From: a virus
IMG/VR virus record: IMGVR_UViG_3300027749_000044
Direction: 5' to 3' (one strand)
Length of the DNA: 64,000 nt
In this document: positions 56,355 to 64,000 of the stretch, piece after piece
Layout of the letters: the number at the start of each line of letters is the position of its first letter
How positions within the stretch are numbered: position 1 is the first letter of the stretch
Position numbers and translations under genes: made by a program
The notes under the pieces: model-generated
What the model saw: only the letters and a program-made list of their open reading frames with translations
Told to the model about the DNA's origin: nothing
Database searches by the model: none

Positions 56355-58333
56355 TGTCTACAATTGATCCTACCAATCTTATTGGTAATATTACTGGTGC
56401 CATTGCTGGAACTATAGCCGACGTTACACAATCAGTATTAGGCACAACTTCTACTCTTGTTATAACTATGACTCCGTTGACCGGTAAATTTACGGTAGGA
56501 GAAGAAGTTACTTCGGGCACAGCAATTGGCCAAGTTATTTCTGTTGATTACAATAACAATATTGTAACAATACAAATGCAATTTGGTACCATTGCTGTTC
56601 CGTCGGTAATTGTTGGTACATCAGGAGCAACGGCCGCCGCGGTAGGAATTGGCTCAAGTAATCCATTCGATTTTATTAGTTTATTCCCCGGCGGAACACC
56701 TTCGAATTTTGATTTCACGAATTATATTTCATCCATCAATACAAGCAATTTCACTCTTCCTACTATAGATTCAATATTCAATATTTCAAATACTGTTTCT
56801 TCTGGTGGAGAAGTAAGTATTGTTTATAAAGATGTTGTCGCATCTATTACGAATCCTGCCAATAATTTTGCCAAAACATTCACGTATGGAACAGATCGAT
56901 ATATCCAACAACATGCAATCGAACCTAATTTTCCATTCAAAGGTCAATATCCATACGTAAAAACAAATAGAACAGAGTCCGGACATATAATAGAAATCGA
57001 TGACACTCCAGGTCACGAAAGACTATTACAACAGCATAAATCAGGTACGTATGAAGAAATTCATAATACCGGTGACCGAGTGATGAAAATTGTAGGTCGG
57101 AACCATCATATTACTTTGCATGATGAAAATGTTTACGTTGAAGGCACAGCAACAGTTAGTGTAAAAGGCAACGTTACATTAAGAGTTGGAGGCTCGGTTG
57201 TCATCCAAGCCGAAAAAGGAATGAGTTTTATTTCCGCCGGCGATATTCGAATGAAAGCCAATAATATAGTAATGGAAGCCACCAAAGGGAATGTAGAATT
57301 ATTAGCTAATGTCGATATCAAAGCTACCGCCGGCAATAATACACATGTGTCGTCCAAAAATAATCTTCTGACTTCTTCTGCGAACACTTCAATATCAGTA
57401 GGATCTCATTTGGATATGATATCGCAATCTGCGACCTCATTGCAATCTGCCGTCGATATTAATTTGAAGGCTGCCACTGATTTCAAGGTCGGTGCCGGCG
57501 GGACAATGAACCTGGCAGCGGCCGGACAGTTTAATGGAGACGGAGCTACGGTTCACTTCCAAGAAGGCGCAACAGTCGCCCCAACCGTTCCTGGATCGGT
57601 TCCTATAGCTAATGTGAGTTATGGTACGGGACTAACCTATTCGACTATCGTGGAACATATGTTCCTGGAATCCGACGACGATCCACAACATTTTGCTCAA
57701 GCGGCTCAGGCGGCGATCAAGGCAGGACTTATCACACAAGCCGATTTAAATGCCACACCTACCGGAACTGGCACCGCAGACACCACATTAGCTCCGTCGA
57801 ATTCTGGTATCCAATACAAGATAGCCCCGGTATCCAGCCTGGATTCATTCCCTGTGAATCTCCAATTGTCTCCACATTTCACGTTAGGTCGATTGACCAT
57901 CGGCACGCCGGCTGGCGCCCATCCATTGAAAGCTCAATATGGATTAACAGAAGCCCAAATAGCAGGCAATCTTCAATTATTATCTTTAAATATTTTAGAA
58001 AAAATTTATACAAAATATCCAGATATGAGTGTAACAAGTGCATTTAGATCCGATAACACAACAGGTTCTAATCTATCTCAACATTGTAAAGGCCAAGCGG
58101 CCGACATTCAATTTGCTTCTGCCCAACAAAATCCAGAGTTATATTTGACATACGCCCAATGGATCAGAGATAATGTTCCTAATTTTGACCAATTATTACT
58201 CGAACATAATAGTTTCGGTAATAAACCTTATTGGCTACATTTATCATTTAATGTAAACAATCCACGTCGCCAAGTATTGACTCTTTTCAATAATAGGACC
58301 TTTGCTCAAGGTCTCCAGTTTATTAAATCATAA
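56354..58333 (+). CDS. gp5 C-terminal beta-helix spike plus M15-family peptidase
   Basis: YPY..TESGH..EIDDTPGHER..HKSGT; beta-helix repeats; SAFR..SQHCKGQAADI..DQLLLE..WLHLSF. Confidence 0.82.
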   Translation: MSTIDPTNLIGNITGAIAGTIADVTQSVLGTTSTLVITMTPLTGKFTVGEEVTSGTAIGQVISVDYNNNIVTIQMQFGTIAVPSVIVGTSGATAAAVGIGSSNPFDFISLFPGGTPSNFDFTNYISSINTSNFTLPTIDSIFNISNTVSSGGEVSIVYKDVVASITNPANNFAKTFTYGTDRYIQQHAIEPNFPFKGQYPYVKTNRTESGHIIEIDDTPGHERLLQQHKSGTYEEIHNTGDRVMKIVGRNHHITLHDENVYVEGTATVSVKGNVTLRVGGSVVIQAEKGMSFISAGDIRMKANNIVMEATKGNVELLANVDIKATAGNNTHVSSKNNLLTSSANTSISVGSHLDMISQSATSLQSAVDINLKAATDFKVGAGGTMNLAAAGQFNGDGATVHFQEGATVAPTVPGSVPIANVSYGTGLTYSTIVEHMFLESDDDPQHFAQAAQAAIKAGLITQADLNATPTGTGTADTTLAPSNSGIQYKIAPVSSLDSFPVNLQLSPHFTLGRLTIGTPAGAHPLKAQYGLTEAQIAGNLQLLSLNILEKIYTKYPDMSVTSAFRSDNTTGSNLSQHCKGQAADIQFASAQQNPELYLTYAQWIRDNVPNFDQLLLEHNSFGNKPYWLHLSFNVNNPRRQVLTLFNNRTFAQGLQFIKS

Positions 58334-58608
58334 TGCCCGGAGTAGCCCGAGAAAGTATCGATTACGTAAACGGAAGCGCCGGTATCATTCAAGTTACCGG
58401 CGCTCCAACATTTTTTATTGAGGGTAAAAGTATTGCCCATATAGGATCAAATGTGACTCCACATGGAAGTCATACAGGCACAATAACAATGGTAACAGGA
58501 TCTTCTACATTCTCAGTATCTGGGAATAAAGTCTGTCGTATTGGCGACCGAGCATCTTGTTCTGACACAATTTCGGTTGGAAGTAGTAGTTTTTTTATTG
58601 GCTCGTAA
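58333..58608 (+). CDS. 5.4: PAAR-like spike tip
   Basis: MPGVAR..H..H..GSST..G..RIGD..C..GS. Confidence 0.85.
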   Translation: MPGVARESIDYVNGSAGIIQVTGAPTFFIEGKSIAHIGSNVTPHGSHTGTITMVTGSSTFSVSGNKVCRIGDRASCSDTISVGSSSFFIGS

Positions 58609-58840
58609 TTGTCGCTATTGACTTTTCTCGGTCAATTGTCATGGTACCATAACAAGCAATATTCCAATCATCATGTCCATTAGGCAAAGTAGACACTTCT
58701 GTCCAACTAGGAACTAGAATTTGGACGTTTTTTAACAAATATTCTTTGTCATCTTCGAATACCCGCCAAACGTGATCCATAGTTCCTCTACCAGGAAGGC
58801 CGCGAGTTTTATTAAATCTAATAAGATATTTGTGTACCAT
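58595..58840 (-). CDS. Conserved small hypothetical protein
   Basis: IRFNKTRG.PGRGT.DHVWRVFE..DWNIAC.G. Confidence 0.7.
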   Translation of the reverse strand: MVHKYLIRFNKTRGLPGRGTMDHVWRVFEDDKEYLLKNVQILVPSWTEVSTLPNGHDDWNIACYGTMTIDREKSIATITSQ

Positions 58841-59496
58841 TAAATGATTTCCGCGGCAGGTTCATTCATTTGTTGTGCCGGCATAAGACTCAAGTTAAAA
58901 TGAACGAATCGAAACGGGTCATCTGATCCATTTCTAGAAAATGAATGTGGCAACCAAGAATTTGTGAAAATAAACAATCCAGGTTGCGGTACGAATCCAA
59001 TAGTATGACTCGCATATGTTGCCTGACTCATATTTTTTTCTGGAAGATTCGCGAATTTCTTAGCTGGCCTTGGATCATGTATCATTGCCCGAGAACAATT
59101 TTCTGGGCAATCAAGAAAATAAAATCCAGAAATTTGATTTCCGAATCCATGAATATGTTCTTCTTGCCCGGAAGACTTATAATGTTCTTGACACCAAAGT
59201 TCATGTAGCCTCATATTAAAATGAGACATATTAAATCCTTGAGATGCCAAGATTCCGTAAGAAGTCTTTTTAATATAATCAGCAAATTCTTTTGCCCGAG
59301 GATCATCTTGGAAACCCAAAGACATATCAACTGGGTATAATGCGGTACAATTACTTGGTCGATTTAGTTTCTTTAAATATTCTTCGCACAATTCTGAGAC
59401 AACGGGAATAAATTCCGGTTTCATGCTTTGATATACAGCAGAGGGAAAATAAAATAATGTTTTTAAATCATCATTCCCTGTAATAATTTCAGTCAT
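58840..59496 (-). CDS. Putative 2OG-Fe(II) oxygenase
   Basis: H.H..ISGFYFL..DPR..P.PG..F.NSWLPH..HFN. Confidence 0.8.
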   Translation of the reverse strand: MTEIITGNDDLKTLFYFPSAVYQSMKPEFIPVVSELCEEYLKKLNRPSNCTALYPVDMSLGFQDDPRAKEFADYIKKTSYGILASQGFNMSHFNMRLHELWCQEHYKSSGQEEHIHGFGNQISGFYFLDCPENCSRAMIHDPRPAKKFANLPEKNMSQATYASHTIGFVPQPGLFIFTNSWLPHSFSRNGSDDPFRFVHFNLSLMPAQQMNEPAAEII

Positions 59497-59532
59497 ATAA
59501 TGTCTCCATAAAGTGGTGCATTATATAGTCTG

Positions 59533-59787
59533 TTAAAACCATGCACTACGTTCAATATACTCGGGTGCACCTGCGTCAACCAACCGATAGGTATAGAAGT
59601 CCGGCTTGCGGGCATTAGACCGTTCAAGTTCCTGCTCCGCGGACTCAAGATCATCGAAAGACCAGATCAGGGACCAAAGGTCATCCGGATCAATACCGCG
59701 AAGGCGATACTGGGCCTTGTGTTCAGGCGGAAGGTCCTCATGACGGAGGATACGATAGCGGCCGACTCTTTCTTGATAGGTTTCCAT
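59533..59787 (-). CDS. Early hypothetical protein
   Basis: GAGGA RBS; GGTTGCC promoter upstream; GC-richer codons. Confidence 0.65.
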   Translation of the reverse strand: METYQERVGRYRILRHEDLPPEHKAQYRLRGIDPDDLWSLIWSFDDLESAEQELERSNARKPDFYTYRLVDAGAPEYIERSAWF

Positions 59788-59852
59788 GAATTCCTCGTTG
59801 TTCTCTACATTTACCAATCTAAAGGAGGCGATGGAGAAGGCAACCATAAAAA

Positions 59853-60401
59853 TTAGTCCCGTTCGAAATGAAATACCTTCGAATGATCCACGATATCCGA
59901 ATGGTTCCTCTTTTTGGAAACAGCAGTGACCTTGTGTCTCCAGCCTTTATCGGCCATTGATTTAATAAAATGTTTATTGGTCATAAGACGTTCGTACATG
60001 GAACCAAGTCTAGGATCGGCGCCATGAAATTTAAGCTTTTTAATATTATGCTTATCTGCGATATGATGTATGATATGCATAGTTTTACCAAATGCACCAA
60101 TGGGACTTCCATGGGGCTGGCGAACATCACTGTAATGCATGATATGTAATGAATGATCTTTTGAAGTACCCATACCGACTTCATGCTCACCATTAGCATC
60201 CGGTGTCTGGATTATCACTGCATGGTGGTTGCCTTTATGGGTAAAGAAAGTATAATGGTTGCCGAATTCAGATTTGATTTCGCCGTTATTTTTTTCTTTA
60301 TTGGTACCGAATTCAGTCGGGGTATCGACAATTGATTCCGACAAACACCATTGTTCGAATGACAACATCCTATTGTTTTCGTCGAAATAAAAGGTACTCA
60401 T
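59853..60401 (-). CDS. His-rich putative internal head protein
   Basis: MLSFEQWCLSE at alternative ATG 60368. Confidence 0.6.
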   Translation of the reverse strand: MSTFYFDENNRMLSFEQWCLSESIVDTPTEFGTNKEKNNGEIKSEFGNHYTFFTHKGNHHAVIIQTPDANGEHEVGMGTSKDHSLHIMHYSDVRQPHGSPIGAFGKTMHIIHHIADKHNIKKLKFHGADPRLGSMYERLMTNKHFIKSMADKGWRHKVTAVSKKRNHSDIVDHSKVFHFERD

Positions 60402-60575
60402 TTACCATTTCTTTGAAGTTGTGCCGGCGCCAGTAGTTGTTCTCACTGTAGTCCGGGTCTTGCCGGTCTTTGTATTACGGGTAACTGTAGTAGTTGTGCC
60501 GCCTGATCTAGCCCGCTCAGTAATAGTTGTGGCTTTTCCGCCGGTACGAACAGTATTCTTGGTGATTTTTGACAT
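60402..60575 (-). CDS. Small Thr/Arg/Lys-rich basic protein (not in ORF track)
   Basis: MSKITKNTVRTGG..TTSKKW, 57 aa; GGAG RBS, CATAAATA upstream. Confidence 0.65.
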   Translation of the reverse strand: MSKITKNTVRTGGKATTITERARSGGTTTTVTRNTKTGKTRTTVRTTTGAGTTSKKW

Positions 60576-60605
60576 AATATACTCCGTTTTTGGAGTATAT
60601 ATTTA

Positions 60606-60682
60606 TGGCGACCACAGAGGGACTTGAACCCCCAACCTACAGCTTAGAAGGCTGTTGCTCTATCCAATTGAGCTATGTGGTC
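60606..60682 (-). tRNA. tRNA-Arg (UCU)
   Basis: acagc-cttctaa-gctgt, A20, TTCAAGT, CCA. Confidence 0.95.
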
Positions 60683-60764
60683 TTTACAATTTTTCCGGTG
60701 TCTCTCTCTCTCACAAATTCATCTTATAATTCATATTAGACCATCTGGCCTAAAAGGCAACCAC

Positions 60765-61145
60765 TTATTCCAAAAATCCTTGCCCGGTGGCGAATTTTCT
60801 CATAATTATGCCGGCGAGCGCATTGGCTTCGTTTTCATGGTCAGAACCGGTGACGCCAGATTCCGAGTGCAATTCATTGTTAAGATTTTGGCGATGGTGA
60901 ACGAATTCGTGGGCCAAAGTCCTGAATGTATCCATAATATGCCGGCCTTTGGTCGAAATAGTAATGGTTTCATCCATAGGAGAATATTGACCGAATGTTG
61001 GAATCCGTCCAGGTAAATGCGAATCTGTTTTAATTATGATTTTAGGTACTGATTCCAAACCAAGTTCTTTTGCCGCAAATTTTGCGAATAAATCGATTTG
61101 CTCTTTTACTTTTTCTTCATTGAGATAAGAAAGATAAGATTTCAT
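60765..61145 (-). CDS. HExxH metallopeptidase-like putative internal head protein
   Basis: MKSYLSYLNEE; RTLAHEFVHHRQ..ENEANA.AG. Confidence 0.75.
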   Translation of the reverse strand: MKSYLSYLNEEKVKEQIDLFAKFAAKELGLESVPKIIIKTDSHLPGRIPTFGQYSPMDETITISTKGRHIMDTFRTLAHEFVHHRQNLNNELHSESGVTGSDHENEANALAGIIMRKFATGQGFLE

Positions 61146-61777
61146 TATTTTTGCCTTTGAACTGTTCTGATATGAGTTTCCCCAGTATCGTGGTTGTGAT
61201 CCACATGATGAGCCACAAAATTTACATGTGGATGTTCATCTTTTAATGACAAAAACTTTTGAAGATTTTCGTGGGAGTCATCATATAGATGGACTTCCTT
61301 ATATCCGTGTTTCTTAACTAAATCTGATACAATTTTTTTCTTAGTATCGGAGGGCCGGCCTGGATTATTACCGGCCCTCCGGACGTGGATTTTATTAATG
61401 TCTATACCATAACTTTTCATAAAATGACCAAACTTTTCTTTCGAATCAAAGTCTGATCTAGCAGTCAATATTTCAGTCTTTCCGCCATTTCTATGTATCG
61501 CCTTCATTTTCGCTAACATTTTGCGAATAGGACGAGCAGTCTTATGTAATTTTTCGGCGGATTTAAAATCAGAGAAGTCATAAGAATGACCGGGTTCTAA
61601 TGTATGTGTATTGAATTCTTGATTAGTGAGCGATTGTACTTTTTTACCAGTTTCGTCTTTTACATGTATCTTTAATTTTTTAGGATCATGTGCAAACAGT
61701 GTTTCATCCATATCAAAAGCATGGAGAGTTTTGTGTTTTTTTTCTTCTTCGGATAGAAATATTGAATAAGAAAACAT
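61145..61777 (-). CDS. HAD-superfamily hydrolase, His-rich
   Basis: FDMDETL, ILTAR, K, YDDS..NL; MFSYSIFLSEE; TATAAATA at 61798-61805. Confidence 0.8.
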   Translation of the reverse strand: MFSYSIFLSEEEKKHKTLHAFDMDETLFAHDPKKLKIHVKDETGKKVQSLTNQEFNTHTLEPGHSYDFSDFKSAEKLHKTARPIRKMLAKMKAIHRNGGKTEILTARSDFDSKEKFGHFMKSYGIDINKIHVRRAGNNPGRPSDTKKKIVSDLVKKHGYKEVHLYDDSHENLQKFLSLKDEHPHVNFVAHHVDHNHDTGETHIRTVQRQK

Positions 61778-61860
61778 CAATTAAACCTTTTTAAGTTTAT
61801 TTATATTTTCTTATCCAACTCGGGATTCACACCAATAACTTTGGTATTTCTACCTAAACT

Positions 61861-61946
61861 TGGACCCCGCTTGGGATTTTCACCCCAGATTGGTCGACGG
61901 CCGCGGGGCCACAGCCGATCTTATTACGCTCCAGACTTACGGGGTC
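61861..61946 (-). ncRNA. Degenerate tRNA-like RNA (His-like)
   Basis: gaccccgt/gcggggtc 8-bp closing stem, D- and T-like arms, GTG in a poorly formed anticodon arm. Confidence 0.4.
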
Positions 61947-61966
61947 ATCGCCCTGCGGGAGATATT

Positions 61967-62042
61967 TGGTCTCCAGCCCTGGCGCTGCCCCAGGTTCACG
62001 GCCTTCCAAGGGCCGTAGTAATCTTGCCCTACTTCGCCAGAG
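61967..62042 (-). tRNA. Non-canonical tRNA-Pro (UGG)
   Basis: C1:G72, A73, CCA, cggcc-cttggaa-ggccg; T-loop GGCAGCG and G8 are atypical. Confidence 0.7.
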
Positions 62043-62601
62043 ATGAATTATATTTAGTATATAGGTAATTATCTATAATAGGCTGAATTTCGTTTTTATA
62101 TCTACTATGTACGTATTGATGGTGTGTTGGACATAAAGGCACTATATTTTCTGGTCTATTATCAGTATGATCTTCGTTTACATGATGGGCCGCAACAATT
62201 TTTGTTTCATCACAGACTAAACATTTTTTACCATGTTCCGAAAAACATATAGATTGGTAGTTATTTCCATTCCAGTTGCCATTTTTTGCACCCGATCTGA
62301 ATAGTTTATTGGAACATGCATGTGAACAAGTTTCTGTATTTTTATAATACACGGTTGCACAAACAACACATTCTTTTCTATTTGCATCTAGAAAGGAAGG
62401 ATTTAAATTACACGAATTAATATGTTTTTTAAAATTTCCTTTTGTAAATCCAGAACCACAAAACTCACAAAAAAACTTTGTATTATTGATAAAATCAAAT
62501 CCACTTGATTGTCTATTTGGATTTAACTTGCAAAGTCTTTCATGATTTTTTATCGAATTTGTAGTATTACATTCCTTATTGCAATATATACATTTATACA
62601 T
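62029..62601 (-). mobile_element. HNH homing endonuclease with zinc fingers
   Basis: Multiple CxxC; CLVC..AHHVNEDHTDNRPENIVPLCPTHH..H. Confidence 0.85.
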
Positions 62602-62631
62602 AGAGTTCTCCTTTTGGGTATTTATGTCCCG

Positions 62632-62945
62632 AAAGATTTACCCTACCTTAATTCTACGGCTGGCTGGTCTTTACATACCACCATTCAAATCACTGTCACC
62701 TGGCACCATCAGGTTCAAAGCCTGAGCTACCGAATGGGGGTTGGCCACTCATTGGTGGGGTCCATTCTTGGTCGTGTTTCACCATTTTGCTTTTGGGGTA
62801 GGATTTGCACCTACGTTTTTCCAGTCGGAGTGTCCTGCCTTTTTAGACGACGGATCAATAGATCCGTCCAGTTGGCTACGCTGGCATTTTCTCCCGTCGG
62901 AACGTCCTCGGCTTTTTAGACGACCCAAAATCTCTCGTTCAACTC
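62632..62945 (-). ncRNA. Compact GOLLD-like structured RNA with double tRNA-like 5' domain
   Basis: GC-richer non-coding block behind a TTGCCA promoter; motifs recalled from the GOLLD 3' domain; ends approximate. Confidence 0.55.
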
Positions 62946-62985
62946 ATATTCTTATCTTACAGGATATATATAGATTGGCAAGTGG

Positions 62986-63318
62986 TTATTTTAGTTTTTC
63001 CGGATCAAAATGACCATAAAAAATTTGAGCGGGTTCTTCCTGGCTTTTGCCATTGTAAAAATAACACACCCAAAGGTCGCCGGTTTCTTCGCCTTCGCCT
63101 TTAAGCACAAATACCGTTTCGGGATATTTAAGGCTAAATGCCTTCATATCCTTGTGCCAATCATACCATTTTGTTTCGCTTTTGGAAGTTCCATCTTCTT
63201 CCAGAGCCCAAGTTGCATTTTCACAATCACATAGGAGTTGCTCAATTACAGTTTCTGGCTCATAACTGGCCGTATTAGGTACGACCAGATCAAGTGAATA
63301 TCTAGTATAATAACCCAT
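62986..63318 (-). CDS. Conserved phage hypothetical protein
   Basis: MGYYT..KWYD..DMKAFS.KYP..F.L.GEGEE.GDLW..Y..GK. Confidence 0.75.
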   Translation of the reverse strand: MGYYTRYSLDLVVPNTASYEPETVIEQLLCDCENATWALEEDGTSKSETKWYDWHKDMKAFSLKYPETVFVLKGEGEETGDLWVCYFYNGKSQEEPAQIFYGHFDPEKLK

Positions 63319-63336
63319 TTTATTTCCCTGTTTTAA

Positions 63337-63421
63337 TGGTGCCCTCTCCCGGACTCGAACCGGGACTCCGTTAGGAAACAGATTTTGAGTCTGTCGCGTC
63401 TACCAATTCCGCCAAGAGGGC
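63337..63421 (-). tRNA. tRNA-Leu (CAA)
   Basis: acaga-ctcaaaa-tctgt, long variable arm, TTCGAGT, A73, CCA. Confidence 0.95.
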
Positions 63422-63565
63422 TTAATATTCTTCACACTTCCAGGCAGCTTTAGCTTCATTTCGCTTGGCGATTCGAAACTTGAGGCGCCGTTCCTTAGAC
63501 CCAGGAGCCGGGAAACAACAGTCACAACGGACTCCACCAGGACCAACAACCAGATGCTTGTTCAT
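63422..63565 (-). CDS. Small basic Cys-containing early protein (not in ORF track)
   Basis: MNKHLVVGPGGVRCDCC..; GGTTGCCA promoter upstream. Confidence 0.55.
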   Translation of the reverse strand: MNKHLVVGPGGVRCDCCFPAPGSKERRLKFRIAKRNEAKAAWKCEEY

Positions 63566-63627
63566 GTGAATTTCTCTTTCGTCTCTGTCTATATCCTTAA
63601 CTTACAGGTACCCCAGGGAATGGCAAC

Positions 63628-63837
63628 CTAGTCCTGGATAAAAATGTTTTTATTTTCCGACAAAGGCGCGCCTGCGGTATAAACCAAATTGTCGTCGGCA
63701 TCGACCACGGTGAAGTCCAGGCCGCGTACCTCACCGAACCTAATGGCTTCTTGCACGGTCGGGAGACCAGGCTGGTGGCTCATTGGATAGCGCCACACAA
63801 AGCGGCCGGATCGAAATTGTTTCACATAGTATGTCAA
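63628..63837 (-). CDS. Hypothetical protein
   Basis: AGGAG RBS before TTG. Confidence 0.55.
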   Translation of the reverse strand: MTYYVKQFRSGRFVWRYPMSHQPGLPTVQEAIRFGEVRGLDFTVVDADDNLVYTAGAPLSENKNIFIQD

Positions 63838-64000
63838 AATTATTCTCCTAAAAATAAAAAATTATTTAGCTTTTGAAGTTCCATCGACTGAAATATTTCC
63901 AGAATTCTTCGATCATGTGCTTCAGTAACATAAGTGGCCAAAAGAATGCCATAATAGGACTGGGACCAAACAAAAATGGAGACTCAACTAAACATGCAAA

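Noticed and set aside
60421-60627. Plus-strand Val-rich ORF in the track
   Set aside because: Shadow of the minus-strand Thr-rich gene, which has an RBS and promoter.
61811-61835. Additional tRNA (ggtgtgaatccc T-arm-like, minus strand)
   Set aside because: No matching acceptor, D or anticodon arms.
62542-63013. Plus-strand ORFs over the GOLLD-like region
   Set aside because: Opposite to local transcription, with no RBS; the region is better explained as structured RNA.
1-64000. Genome-wide TAG reassignment suggested by the CUA tRNA
   Set aside because: Core genes are full length in the standard code, and TAG ends genes at expected positions (phoH, exonuclease, gp26).

Overview
A 64-kb segment of a T4-like (Tevenvirinae-type) myophage genome. 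It carries replication genes (44, 62, regA, 43, uvsX, 41, 61, rnh, 59, 32), nucleotide metabolism genes (thyX, class II nrdJ, MazG-like, deaminase), the late cofactor 33, baseplate and head-completion genes (29-like, 51, 26, 54-like, 2, 4, 48, 53, 27-like, split 5, 5.4), embedded spanins, several His-rich proteins with capsid-targeting-like N-termini, and three homing endonucleases. A circularly permuted (two-piece) tmRNA with an ANDN...ALAA tag points to an alphaproteobacterial host. The most unusual content is RNA-level and lies at 40.6-45.9 kb and 61.8-63 kb. (1) An amber-suppressor tRNA is followed by a micro-ORF M-H-R-[UAG]-I-Y-Y-Q-T-G-P-P-[UAA] with alternative hairpins, directly upstream of a Pth2-like peptidyl-tRNA hydrolase; this is a candidate termination/stalling-sensing switch. 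(2) The tmRNA tag plus pseudoknot module occurs twice, on either side of an antisense GIY-YIG endonuclease. (3) A structured endonuclease leader RNA occurs in two covarying copies. (4) A compact GOLLD-like RNA has a double tRNA-like 5' domain. (5) Several non-canonical tRNA-like RNAs are present. (6) A probable -1 frameshift joins gp26 and gp51 in a tail-chaperone G/GT-like position. All family calls come from motif recognition by eye; no database search was run.
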